Below are positions 1 to 8,722 of a stretch of 18,865 nucleotides of DNA, piece after piece. Position 1 is the first letter of the stretch; each line of letters starts with the position of its first letter. The DNA comes from Chlamydiia bacterium. GTDB taxonomy: Bacteria > Chlamydiota > Chlamydiia > Chlamydiales > JBMOFD01. A program made the translations under genes and the position numbers. The notes beneath the pieces were generated by a model. That model was not told where the DNA came from. It did no database searches and saw only the letters and a program-made list of their open reading frames with translations. The stretch covers positions 1-18,865 of the forward strand of contig JBMOFD010000035.1 of NCBI GenBank assembly GCA_049314435.1. The letters are read 5' to 3'.

Positions 1-167
1 GATCGACAAAAGGACTCATTTCAAGACAATTGTGTACATATCGTCGATTGGTACGTAGAGCTGAATGCGCGGCTACGGTAGACTAGAGATCTAGGTTTTC
101 AGTAGGTTCTGCGGGATCGCAGGGGTCATCAGATGGCCTGAGAGTCCTCTACGAAGGGAATGCGCGC

Positions 168-2891
168 ATGGCGGAAGGTGATTTCAATCAGGAAGGGAAA
201 CGAGGTTTCCCAGGTGGGATCTTTCTCCTACTGCTGGCAGCCATATTGGTCATCATCATTGTCCAATCTGTCGGACCGGGACGACTGGCGAAGGTGGGGT
301 TCAGCTACCAGGTTGAGCATCTTGCGAACCTTGATCTGGTGAAGGGCGAGGAGTCCTGGAAGACGGCCCTCAATGATCACCTCGTCACGTTTGGTGGTCG
401 CTTCCGCGAGCAGCAGACCGATGTAGGTCGTCAGCGCTATCGCTATTTGGAACTGGTTGATCAAAGCAAACAGCTGGAAGAGGAAGATGCTCGCCTGCTG
501 TTCGATCTAAAGAATCAGGCGACTCAAGTCCAAGCGGCAGCCGGCTGGTATTTCCAGCTGATGGGGAAAGATCTTCCCGCCACAGGTGTGGCGATCACAC
601 AGAACGCTCCCTCTGGGATCGGGCAAGTGGTCCTGCATGAGTTGCCCGCTAGGAAGGTGTTCAGTGTGCAGGATCTCCAGAACGAGGTGACCCAAGGGCT
701 GGAGCATCCGACCCCGGAGGCGCTGGCTTCCGCACGCCAACATTATACGACGATCCTAGGGCAAGTGCGTGGACCTGCGCTGGGCGTAAGTGGCGAAGTC
801 GCTAAGGCTCAGCTGCGTAGTCTCGAAGAGCAGCTGAACCTCATCGACGCTGGAAATATGGCGCCTCAGCAGGGGCTACAGAAGTTGCAGTTTCTGACGC
901 AGGAGCTTTCCAGGGTTTTAGCGAGCCTTGAGGTCTCTGAACAGGGTGTGCGTCTACAAGCTCTTCGTAGTGTGAGAGAGCTGCAGACAACACTCCATCA
1001 GGAGGAGAGCACGAGCGCTCAACTGGAACAAGTAGCTGACCGTTTAGATCAAGCCCGTACGCCGGTGGATCACACAGTTTGGTTCTATCGTGACCAGGAG
1101 CTCTCCAATCGTCAGCTCGAGAAGCAAGATCCTGAGCAGTTTCATCAGTGGTTCCAGCAAGCTAAGGCGGAGTGGGATGGCTTCTCGGTCAACCGAGGGC
1201 TAACCTTCAAGGCGCCCGATCAGCCGCGCAACCTGGTCCTGGAGAGGACCTTTCGTTCAGAAGAGCCTGCTCCGAACTATGTAGGCTACCTGCTGACGCT
1301 CGGGCCCCTCTTCCTCGTGCTGGGTCTGCTCTGGTTTGTCTTTAACCGACAGATGAAGGGAGTCGGTGGTGGAGCGATGAGCTTCGGGAAGTCTCCCGCT
1401 AAGCTGTGGGCGAAAGGTGCCTCGAAGACCACATTCAAGGACGTGGCGGGGATCGAGGAGGCCAAAGAGGAGCTCATGGAGATCGTGGACTTCCTCAAGG
1501 ATCCCTCCAAGTTCACTGCTTTGGGCGCTCGCATTCCTAAGGGTGCTTTGCTCGTGGGTCCTCCAGGGACCGGGAAGACGCTGATGGCTAAGGCCGTAGC
1601 AGGTGAAGCGGATCGGCCCTTCTTCAGCATCTCTGGATCGGACTTCGTGGAGATGTTTGTGGGTGTGGGTGCAAGTCGTATCCGAGACCTCTTTGAACAA
1701 GCTAAGAAAAGTGCCCCCTGTATCATCTTCATGGATGAGATCGATGCGGTCGGCCGTCACCGCGGTGTCGGCATGGGTGGTGGTCACGATGAACGAGAGC
1801 AAACACTGAACCAGCTGCTGGTTGAGATGGATGGTATGGATAGCAATGAGGGGATCATCCTCATGGCAGCCACCAACCGTCCCGATGTGTTGGACAAGGC
1901 TCTTTTGCGACCAGGTCGTTTTGACCGCAGGATCGTGATCGACCTGCCAGACTTACGGGGTCGTTTTGAGATCCTGAAAGTTCATGCACGCAAGCTGAAG
2001 TTGGACCCGACCGTAGATCTCATGTGTGTGGCGAGAGCGACACCAGGGGCATCTGGAGCTGACCTGGCGAACATGTTGAATGAAGCGGCCCTATTGGCGG
2101 CTCGACGTGGAAGAACGGCGATCACCTCTCCCGACGTGGTTGAGTCGTGCGACAAGGTGCGGTTTGGCAAAGAGAGACGCAGCCTCGAGCTGGATCAAAA
2201 AGAGAGGCTCACCACGGCCTACCACGAGATAGGGCACGCTCTCGTGGGCATTGTGGTCGAGCACGCAGACCCTGTGGAGAAGGTCACCATCATCCCTCGT
2301 GGGATGTCATTGGGTGCCACCCACTTCCTTCCTGAGAAGAACCGTCTTACCTACTGGCGTCGTCAGGTCATCGACCAGCTCGCTGTAGCCATGGGTGGTC
2401 GTGCTGCGGAAGAGATCTTTGTTGGAGACATCAGCTCGGGCGCTCAACAAGACATTCGCCAAGCAACCTCCATAGCTAGGGCTATGGTCTGTGAGTGGGG
2501 GATGAGTGAGGCTCTTGGGCTTGTCGCGTACGACGAGCGGAGTGAGAGTGGTTCTTACCTAGGTATGAACAACTATCAACCCAAGAATTACTCGGAGCAC
2601 ACAGCAGAACGGATCGACGCGGAGGTGAAGGCTCTCTGTGATGAGGCCTATGCCCGAGCCAAGCTGATCCTAGGAGACCGTCGCCCTCAGGTCGAGGTGA
2701 TGGCTCAGACGTTGATGGAGTTCGAGACGCTCGATGCGGATGATATCCGCCTCATCTTGGCCAACCAGTGGAACGGGGACGAGAAGAGGAAGCGTGTATT
2801 GGCAGCCGAGCAGAAGTTCCTGAAGACGCCACCACCGATCCCCCCTCAGCAGGGTGATCGGCCCCCTGGGGACTTCGTCCCAGCGGTCTAA
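168..2891 (+). CDS. ftsH: ATP-dependent zinc metalloprotease FtsH (chlamydial long form)
   Basis: Two TM segments flank a ~340-aa periplasmic region. Motifs: Walker A GPPGTGKT, pore motif FVGVG, Walker [33 protein letters not shown], zinc motif HEIGH. Confidence 0.98.
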   Translation: MAEGDFNQEGKRGFPGGIFLLLLAAILVIIIVQSVGPGRLAKVGFSYQVEHLANLDLVKGEESWKTALNDHLVTFGGRFREQQTDVGRQRYRYLELVDQSKQLEEEDARLLFDLKNQATQVQAAAGWYFQLMGKDLPATGVAITQNAPSGIGQVVLHELPARKVFSVQDLQNEVTQGLEHPTPEALASARQHYTTILGQVRGPALGVSGEVAKAQLRSLEEQLNLIDAGNMAPQQGLQKLQFLTQELSRVLASLEVSEQGVRLQALRSVRELQTTLHQEESTSAQLEQVADRLDQARTPVDHTVWFYRDQELSNRQLEKQDPEQFHQWFQQAKAEWDGFSVNRGLTFKAPDQPRNLVLERTFRSEEPAPNYVGYLLTLGPLFLVLGLLWFVFNRQMKGVGGGAMSFGKSPAKLWAKGASKTTFKDVAGIEEAKEELMEIVDFLKDPSKFTALGARIPKGALLVGPPGTGKTLMAKAVAGEADRPFFSISGSDFVEMFVGVGASRIRDLFEQAKKSAPCIIFMDEIDAVGRHRGVGMGGGHDEREQTLNQLLVEMDGMDSNEGIILMAATNRPDVLDKALLRPGRFDRRIVIDLPDLRGRFEILKVHARKLKLDPTVDLMCVARATPGASGADLANMLNEAALLAARRGRTAITSPDVVESCDKVRFGKERRSLELDQKERLTTAYHEIGHALVGIVVEHADPVEKVTIIPRGMSLGATHFLPEKNRLTYWRRQVIDQLAVAMGGRAAEEIFVGDISSGAQQDIRQATSIARAMVCEWGMSEALGLVAYDERSESGSYLGMNNYQPKNYSEHTAERIDAEVKALCDEAYARAKLILGDRRPQVEVMAQTLMEFETLDADDIRLILANQWNGDEKRKRVLAAEQKFLKTPPPIPPQQGDRPPGDFVPAV

Positions 2892-2904
2892 AGAGCGGCG
2901 ACTT

Positions 2905-2935
2905 AGGGCCCCCAATCGGGGGCCTTTTCTTTTTC
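2905..2935 (+). terminator. Rho-independent terminator of ftsH
   Basis: GGCCCCC-aatc-GGGGGCC stem (2907-2924) followed by TTTTCTTTTT, just after the ftsH stop. Confidence 0.9.
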
Positions 2936-2957
2936 AGACCTGCGCAAGACCTTTCTT

Positions 2958-3299
2958 CTAGGCATCCATGAAGTAGTACACGATAGGAGACATCAGCGCA
3001 GCCACCACGAAGGCGTCGATGAGCATAGAGCTGCTTTCTAGCGATGGTCTAGGTCTGGAAGAAGGGCCGGGAGAGCGGCTAGGAGTGGGCTGGCTCAGCT
3101 GGTCGTTCAATGGGCGGAGTAGATCCGCGCGCAGTGGAGCTTGGCTTTGTATAGAGGGAGGGTTCTCATCCAATAGCTTCAAAACCGCTTGATTGGCCTT
3201 CCGGTCCTCTTTGGAGGCCTGCGGTGATAGGCTATAAGGACGGCAGGCTATAGATGGAGCGCTCAGTCTAAAGGCCCCAGGAAGACGAAAAACTGCCAT
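2958..3299 (-). CDS. Hypothetical 113-aa protein with Arg/Ser-rich N-terminus, S/P-rich linker and C-terminal hydrophobic helix (candidate secreted effector)
   Basis: The ORF fills the gap after the ftsH terminator. GAGGT lies 5 nt before the ATG at 3299, so this start is preferred over the track start 3311. C-terminus is MLIDAFVVAALMSPIVYYF. Confidence 0.65.
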   Translation of the reverse strand: MAVFRLPGAFRLSAPSIACRPYSLSPQASKEDRKANQAVLKLLDENPPSIQSQAPLRADLLRPLNDQLSQPTPSRSPGPSSRPRPSLESSSMLIDAFVVAALMSPIVYYFMDA

Positions 3300-3493
3300 G
3301 ACACACCTCATATGGGACCTAGAGCATACGTCGTGGCCGTGGAAGGCCGCTAGCTTGAGCCGGCGCTCTCATGACAAACACAGTCCTTCAGGATGTCTTC
3401 TGTCAAAACACCAGCTGCAAACCGGCGGGAGGAGGCGACCATTCCAAACGCCCGCTATGTGCGGGATAAGCCTTGTGTCAGCTGCTGGCTGGT

Positions 3494-4063
3494 CTAGCTG
3501 GGAATCCTGTTGCCCGATGCATCCAGTACTTCAATGTTCCCATCGACTTCTTGGATAGTGGCCAGCATATGGTAATAGCCTCCTCCCTCTTCCGGGTCAT
3601 ACGTTGCAGGCTCCGAGCAGTCGATCTGCAGCTGAGAACAGGGCCGATTGTCCGGACTAGATCCCTGGCGCCTTTGAATACGTGCAAGCCAGGGAAGTTC
3701 GATCACACCATCACCTCGAATGATGATACCATGTCCCAATAGCCAATTTTTGATAGGAACACTCAAATTAGCGAGACGGACCGATAGCTTCGGATCGGTT
3801 ATATCGATCGTTCGCTCTCGAGCAGCATACTTTGCAGCTAAGGCCAAAATCGCCAGTGCAGCAATAGCTGTGCATCCGGCCAGGACTGGTAGGACCTGTA
3901 TGACGGTGAGAGCCGCTGTCAACGCTGCCGCTACCACACACAGCTTCGCAATAGTTCCGCCTTCACAGTGAAGAAAATTCTGTATAGCTCTTCGCGGTGT
4001 TGAGCTAGCTAGGACTGGATCCATGGTGTAATCACAGAAACCGCGTCTTTCTACAGAACTCAT
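3494..4063 (-). CDS. Hypothetical 189-aa membrane protein with a bilobed hydrophobic domain (Inc-like)
   Basis: GAGG SD and a near-consensus promoter lie upstream. Residues ~41-77 (LCVVAAALTAALTVIQVLPVLAGCTAIAALAILALAA) form an uncharged hairpin-type segment. Confidence 0.8.
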   Translation of the reverse strand: MSSVERRGFCDYTMDPVLASSTPRRAIQNFLHCEGGTIAKLCVVAAALTAALTVIQVLPVLAGCTAIAALAILALAAKYAARERTIDITDPKLSVRLANLSVPIKNWLLGHGIIIRGDGVIELPWLARIQRRQGSSPDNRPCSQLQIDCSEPATYDPEEGGGYYHMLATIQEVDGNIEVLDASGNRIPS

Positions 4064-4094
4064 AGTTGCCTCGCAAAGATGTTACTTTACAAAC

Positions 4095-4123
4095 ATTGTA
4101 TTAAAAAATGAATAAGAAATCAA
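4095..4123 (-). promoter_or_regulatory. sigma70/sigma66-type promoter for the 3494..4063 gene
   Basis: The minus strand reads TTGATT-17 nt-TACAAT in an AT-rich patch about 30 nt upstream of the ATG. Confidence 0.75.
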
Positions 4124-4169
4124 AGCCGGGAGACGAGCGCAAGGCTTCTGTATGGGATAAAGTTGAGCG

Positions 4170-4213
4170 AAAGAAAGCAAAGGAGCCCAAGGCGAGAAAC
4201 GCCTTGGGCTCCT
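4170..4213 (-). terminator. Rho-independent terminator of pnp
   Basis: Perfect 14-bp inverted repeat AGGAGCCCAAGGCG/CGCCTTGGGCTCCT (4181-4213), followed on the minus strand by TTGCTTTCTTT. Confidence 0.9.
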
Positions 4214-4226
4214 GCCTTAGAGAGAA

Positions 4227-6347
4227 TCAACCAACTGGTTGAGGGACAGGTTGTGCTGCAGAATTCGAGAGAAGAACCTTGCGACTCAACTTGATCTGGC
4301 CTTTGTCGTTACGTCCGATGACCTTCACTTCCATCTTGTCGCCGACCTTGAAGAGGTCTTTGGGATGTTGGATCCGCTCGTTAGCAAGCTCAGACACGTG
4401 GCAGAGGTATTCCTTGCCCATGATCTTTATGAAGCATCCAAAGTCCACCACAGAGGCCACTTCACCGACGTAGATCTTGCCTACTTCAGCTTCAGAAACC
4501 AGGCCCAGGATCATCTCCTTAGCCTTCTGCATCGATTCAGCACCCGATGCAGCAATCGAGACGACGCCTGCATCGTTGATGTCGATCTCAGCACCGCTGT
4601 GCTCAACAATCGCTCGGATCTGCTTGCCACCTGGACCGATGATCATACCGATCTGGTTCGGTGCCACCTGAATCGTCTCGATGCGTGGAGCATGGCTAGG
4701 CATCTCTTCACGTGGACGTGGGCAAACAGCCAACATCTTGTCGAGGATATGAGCTCGGCCCTGCTTAGCTTGAGCTAAAGCAGCTCGCATGATCTCGATC
4801 GTGATCCCTTCGACCTTGATGTCCATCTGGAAGGCTGTGATGCCGTTCTGGTCACCCGTGATCTTGAAGTCCATATCGCCGAGGGCATCTTCCGCACCCA
4901 GAATATCACTCAGAATCACATAGCGAGAGCCGCTCAAGATCAGGCCCATGGCAATGCCACTGACCGGGCGCTTGATCGGTACACCTGCATCCATCATCGC
5001 GAGGCATCCGCCGCAGACCGAAGCCATGCTGCTGCTGCCGTTGCTCTCAAGGATCGTGCTCTCGAGGCGGATCGTGTAAGGGAAACTAGCCAAAGAGGGA
5101 ATGCTTGCCGTTAAGGCACGTTCCGCCAGCTTGCCATGGCCAATCTCACGACGACCAGGAGCGCCTACGCGGCCTGTCTCACCCACACAGAAGGGAGGGA
5201 AGGTGTACTGCAGGTAGAAGCGCTGGAGCCCTTCACCATGCAGGTCTTCAAAGCGCTGTCCGCTTGATTCTCCACCCAAGGTGCATACAGCAAGGGCCTG
5301 TGTCTCTCCACGAGTGAAGAGGCAGCTGCCATGAGCACGGGGCAAAATAGCCTGCTCGATGTCGATGACGCGGATCTGGTCAGCTCGGCGACCGTCGATG
5401 CGGATGCCTTCGTTAAGGATCATCTCACGCATCGCCTCGGAGCGCACTTTCTCAAGTGCAGCCAGTACGAGTTGGCGAGGATAGTGGCCACTGCCACCTT
5501 CACTGCTGAGAGCTTCCAGAGTGCGCTGGTTCAGCACACTCAGAGCCTCTTCACGACCCTGCTTCTGCTCGATCTTAAGCGCTGCGGGGAGTTGTCCACC
5601 GATCAGCTGCTCGACTGCATGCTGCAGCTCTTTAGAGGGCAGATGAGGTGTGAAGTGCATCTTAGGCTTGCCGATCTGCAGGCGCCATTTCTCAAGGGCC
5701 TCACAGATCGTTCGAATGGCCTTGTGGCCGACTTCAATGGCTTCTAGAACCTGTTCTTCCGTCAGGAACTGGCAGGAGCCCTCAATCATTAGAATAGCAT
5801 CTTCCGAGCCAGCAAGGATCAGGTCCAGAACAGACTTGCGCTGCTGCTCATAGGAGGGATTCAGAATCCAGGCTCCGTCGATTTGACCTACACGCACGGC
5901 CGCGATCGGCTTGATGAGAGGGATGTCGCTGATCACAAGGGCGGCTGAGGCGGCGCAGATGGCCAGCACATCAGCAGAGTGCTCCTGATCATAGCTCATG
6001 CAGTAGGAGAGGATCTGTGTCTCATGCGTGTAACCATCTTCAAACATGGGGCGCAGAGGGCGGTCTGTCAGACGAGAGATGAGAATCTCTCTCTCGGCAG
6101 GCTTGCCTTCGCGCTTCAGGAAACCACCGGGTGTTCTGCCAGAACTGCTGAACTTCTCCTGGTAATCTACGCGGAGAGGGAAGAAGTCCATCGATGGATC
6201 GGCAGATGACTCCGCAGTGGCGGCCGAGAAGACAAAGGTCTCACCGCAACGCACAACGACGGCGCCGTTGGCTTGGCGAGCGAGCTTGCCCGTCTCAAAT
6301 GAAATGGTCTTGCCTTGGATGTCTACAGAAATAGTATGACGCTGCAT
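4227..6347 (-). CDS. pnp: Polyribonucleotide nucleotidyltransferase (PNPase)
   Basis: Motifs FETGKLARQANGAV, DFFPLRVDYQEK, RREIGHG, SNGSSSMASVCGG and DALGDMDFK, plus KH (IIGPGGKQIR) and S1 domains. ATG 6347 is preferred over the TTG at 6377. Confidence 0.98.
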   Translation of the reverse strand: MQRHTISVDIQGKTISFETGKLARQANGAVVVRCGETFVFSAATAESSADPSMDFFPLRVDYQEKFSSSGRTPGGFLKREGKPAEREILISRLTDRPLRPMFEDGYTHETQILSYCMSYDQEHSADVLAICAASAALVISDIPLIKPIAAVRVGQIDGAWILNPSYEQQRKSVLDLILAGSEDAILMIEGSCQFLTEEQVLEAIEVGHKAIRTICEALEKWRLQIGKPKMHFTPHLPSKELQHAVEQLIGGQLPAALKIEQKQGREEALSVLNQRTLEALSSEGGSGHYPRQLVLAALEKVRSEAMREMILNEGIRIDGRRADQIRVIDIEQAILPRAHGSCLFTRGETQALAVCTLGGESSGQRFEDLHGEGLQRFYLQYTFPPFCVGETGRVGAPGRREIGHGKLAERALTASIPSLASFPYTIRLESTILESNGSSSMASVCGGCLAMMDAGVPIKRPVSGIAMGLILSGSRYVILSDILGAEDALGDMDFKITGDQNGITAFQMDIKVEGITIEIMRAALAQAKQGRAHILDKMLAVCPRPREEMPSHAPRIETIQVAPNQIGMIIGPGGKQIRAIVEHSGAEIDINDAGVVSIAASGAESMQKAKEMILGLVSEAEVGKIYVGEVASVVDFGCFIKIMGKEYLCHVSELANERIQHPKDLFKVGDKMEVKVIGRNDKGQIKLSRKVLLSNSAAQPVPQPVG

Positions 6348-6416
6348 GGGGGGAAGGGTCTCCAATATGGAGTCCAACCGGGCAGACGATGGACGAGTAG
6401 AAGGGTCTCCTGACCC

Positions 6417-6556
6417 GCTGGTATTAGAATTCAGAGGGGGCGCCTGATCCTATGATCAGAGGAACTCTCTGCTTCCCAATGCCAGCTTCGGGACAGACTG
6501 CCGCCCGACCAACCGACACGACCATGAGTGTAACAGAAGCTACACCCACGGACGTG
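6417..6556 (-). promoter_or_regulatory. Structured rpsO-pnp intercistronic/pnp leader RNA (two long hairpins)
   Basis: An 18-pair hairpin with one U-U mismatch (6517-6556) and a 70-nt rod (6417-6486). The G-U pairs are compatible only with the minus-strand transcript. Confidence 0.6.
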
Positions 6557-6564
6557 GCCTTCAC

Positions 6565-6834
6565 CTACTTACGCAGGTTGAGTCGCTTGCACAGTCCTTG
6601 ATACCGTTTGGTATCTGTACTGTTGAGGTAGTTCAACAGCTTGCGCCGCTGACCTACTAACTTCAAGAGAGCCAGCCGAGAACTATTGTCCTTAGGTGAA
6701 TTCTTGAGGTGCTCAGTAAGTTCCTCAATGCGTTCGGTCAGGATGGCGATCTGCACGTCGGCTGATCCCGTATCCTTCTCGTGAAGCTGGAACTTCTTAG
6801 TGATTTCTTCTTTAGTGCCTTTATCTAACGACAT
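6565..6834 (-). CDS. rpsO: 30S ribosomal protein S15
   Basis: 89 aa from [11 protein letters not shown], with [16 protein letters not shown] and [23 protein letters not shown] upstream; lies upstream of pnp. Confidence 0.98.
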   Translation of the reverse strand: MSLDKGTKEEITKKFQLHEKDTGSADVQIAILTERIEELTEHLKNSPKDNSSRLALLKLVGQRRKLLNYLNSTDTKRYQGLCKRLNLRK

Positions 6835-7081
6835 GGAGGCCTGCTCCTCACGTTGGCTGCTGGTGTTGCGCATCTGCGTGGTCCTCATCTAAGATGTGCA
6901 CGAGGCACTTCAAAAAATAATGTTACGTGTTGAGAAACCGACGCAAACGCTGACAACACGGTCGTTTATCTTCAAGTCGCAAAGTCTGCGCTAGGATTCT
7001 ATTATAGCCCGGAAGCAGTGTATTGGGCAATCAGTAGGATGGGCATCCTGAATGGGCCCATCTGGGCCTAGATGAGGTTCC

Positions 7082-7594
7082 ATGGAAGAGCAGAACGAAA
7101 TCGATGTCAGGATGATGCGAGAGGCCTTAAAAGAGGCCCAACGTGCAGCTAGGGATGGTGAGGTGCCCATCGGAGCTGTTTTGGTGCAAGATGGCCGTGT
7201 CGTCGCGAGGGGTCGTAACCAGGTCGAGAGCCTCTGTGATGCGACGGCCCATGCGGAGATGCTCTGTGTGACGAGTGGGGCAGCAGCCCTGGGCAACTGG
7301 AGGCTCTTAGGCTGTACCCTCTATTGTACGCTGGAGCCCTGCCCCATGTGCTTTGGTGCCATGACCCTGAGCCGTCTGCCCCGCCTTGTCTATGGCGCTC
7401 CCGATCGACGCCATGGAGCTTGCGGTAGTTGGGTCGATCTCCAGGAGGCTCGCCACCCGATCCATCAGATGGAGGTGGTGAAAGGCGTGGAGTCGGAGGC
7501 CGCTGCCGATCTATTAATAAAATTTTTTAGGTTACGGAGAGAGCAGGGACGCTCCTCGAGAGATCCAATTTGGGAGCCTGAATGTGATGTTTGA
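7082..7594 (+). CDS. tadA: tRNA adenosine(34) deaminase TadA
   Basis: Motifs GEVPIGAV, DATAHAE, NWRL, TLEPCPMC and terminal FFRLRR. Confidence 0.93.
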   Translation: MEEQNEIDVRMMREALKEAQRAARDGEVPIGAVLVQDGRVVARGRNQVESLCDATAHAEMLCVTSGAAALGNWRLLGCTLYCTLEPCPMCFGAMTLSRLPRLVYGAPDRRHGACGSWVDLQEARHPIHQMEVVKGVESEAAADLLIKFFRLRREQGRSSRDPIWEPECDV

Positions 7595-7829
7595 ATCTCT
7601 TCTTCAGGATCTGATTGTCCAGCAGGAGGAGCGTCTGATGGCTTTAGGCCGCCGGATTGTGCCGACCTTGACGCTCGAAGATATTTTGCAACCGAACGAC
7701 TATCCGGAGCTCGAGTTCCACCCACTATTTCGTTATGAAGAGGGAGTTGTAGAGGGGTTGCGCACGGCTCTAGCGGCTCTTCGGGCGGAGGAGCGTCGGC
7801 TTAGCGACGCACCTCTTTGCCAGTCTTGA
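7587..7829 (+). CDS. Conserved chlamydial hypothetical protein (positional equivalent of C. trachomatis CT845)
   Basis: Overlaps the tadA stop and has a GGGAG SD. The segment LQPNDYPELEFHPLFRYEEGV resembles the small protein that follows tadA in Chlamydiae (recalled, not searched). Confidence 0.75.
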   Translation: MFESLLQDLIVQQEERLMALGRRIVPTLTLEDILQPNDYPELEFHPLFRYEEGVVEGLRTALAALRAEERRLSDAPLCQS

Positions 7830-8592
7830 AGTCGATGATCACGGCGGGCACTGTACGTGGTGCTCGTCGTCGATGCGCCCAGAGTCTGCGTAGATAGCCG
7901 CCCAAGAGGTGGAAGGGGCGCTCAAAACGCCAGAAGAGACGAAATGGACTGCTCAGATTCCAGGCTGTCAGGCAGCAGAGGTAGCTGCCGAACGCGGCTG
8001 CTACGTAGGCACTGAGGGCCATGAAGTGTCCCGCTTCTAGAACGGGGAACCACTCAATGGCTAGAATCCCGATCGCCAGCCATTTGATCCGAATAGGCGC
8101 TAGGAAGAAGAGGACAGGCGTGTCACTGTACATCATCATCCAGGCAATGATCAGAGCTGCGGTGCCTGCACGATTGCCGATCAAAAGAATCTCTCGGCTA
8201 GGCCATCCCATCCATGCATAGCCGGCCGCCACCAAGCCACCCAGAGCGATGCCCCCCACCCAGAGGACCAGCAGCGCCTTTGAGCCCAGCTTGCGCTCAA
8301 GCCCCGAGGCTAGCTGTCCGATAAAGAGCAGGTCGATCAGCAGAGTGAAGATGAGGCCGAAGCTGAAGCCGCCCGAAGCGGGCACTGTCCAGCCATAAGT
8401 AAGGATCTGCCAGAAGCTCCAATCGGAGATCGTATGAGGATGCACACCAAAGAGTACAAAAGGAGAGGGCCAGCCGAAGACCTGGAACATCCCAGGCGCC
8501 AAGGTGAAAAAGAGAGTTCCCCAAAGCAGCAACACCAGGATCCACTTCGTCACTGGAGGGAATAGGCGCGGAGATGAAAAGACTTGTTGCAT
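7801..8592 (-). CDS. Rhomboid-family-like multi-pass membrane protein
   Basis: About 6-7 TM helices with rhomboid-type landmarks PPVTKWIL, WQILTY, LERKLGSK and PIRIKWL. GGAG SD. Catalytic Ser/His not evident. Confidence 0.75.
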   Translation of the reverse strand: MQQVFSSPRLFPPVTKWILVLLLWGTLFFTLAPGMFQVFGWPSPFVLFGVHPHTISDWSFWQILTYGWTVPASGGFSFGLIFTLLIDLLFIGQLASGLERKLGSKALLVLWVGGIALGGLVAAGYAWMGWPSREILLIGNRAGTAALIIAWMMMYSDTPVLFFLAPIRIKWLAIGILAIEWFPVLEAGHFMALSAYVAAAFGSYLCCLTAWNLSSPFRLFWRFERPFHLLGGYLRRLWAHRRRAPRTVPAVIIDFKTGKEVRR

Positions 8593-8722
8593 AGGAGCTC
8601 CTCAGCTCTACCATTCTAACACAGTCTCGCGGTTCGCTGCCATGACAGTAAAAAATTCATTATTAAATACGGTTTGAGTGCGAAAAAGTGCTACCTGGGA
8701 AAAGCTCATGAGGCTAAAATCG

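Noticed and set aside
1..81. Open frame-1 fragment (DRQKDSFQ...NARLR*) as the 3' end of tilS, which precedes ftsH in Chlamydia
   Set aside because: Only 26 codons with no recognisable motif; synteny alone is not enough to call it.
3298..3971. Plus-strand ORFs 3298..3558, 3473..3742 and 3720..3971
   Set aside because: They are antisense shadows of, or overlap, the better-supported minus-strand genes that have SD/promoter signals.
6835..6888. Track N-terminal extensions of rpsO (and likewise pnp 6377, ffh 11388, rnhB 14339, kinase 1 16011)
   Set aside because: Downstream starts give canonical N-termini and/or better SD spacing.
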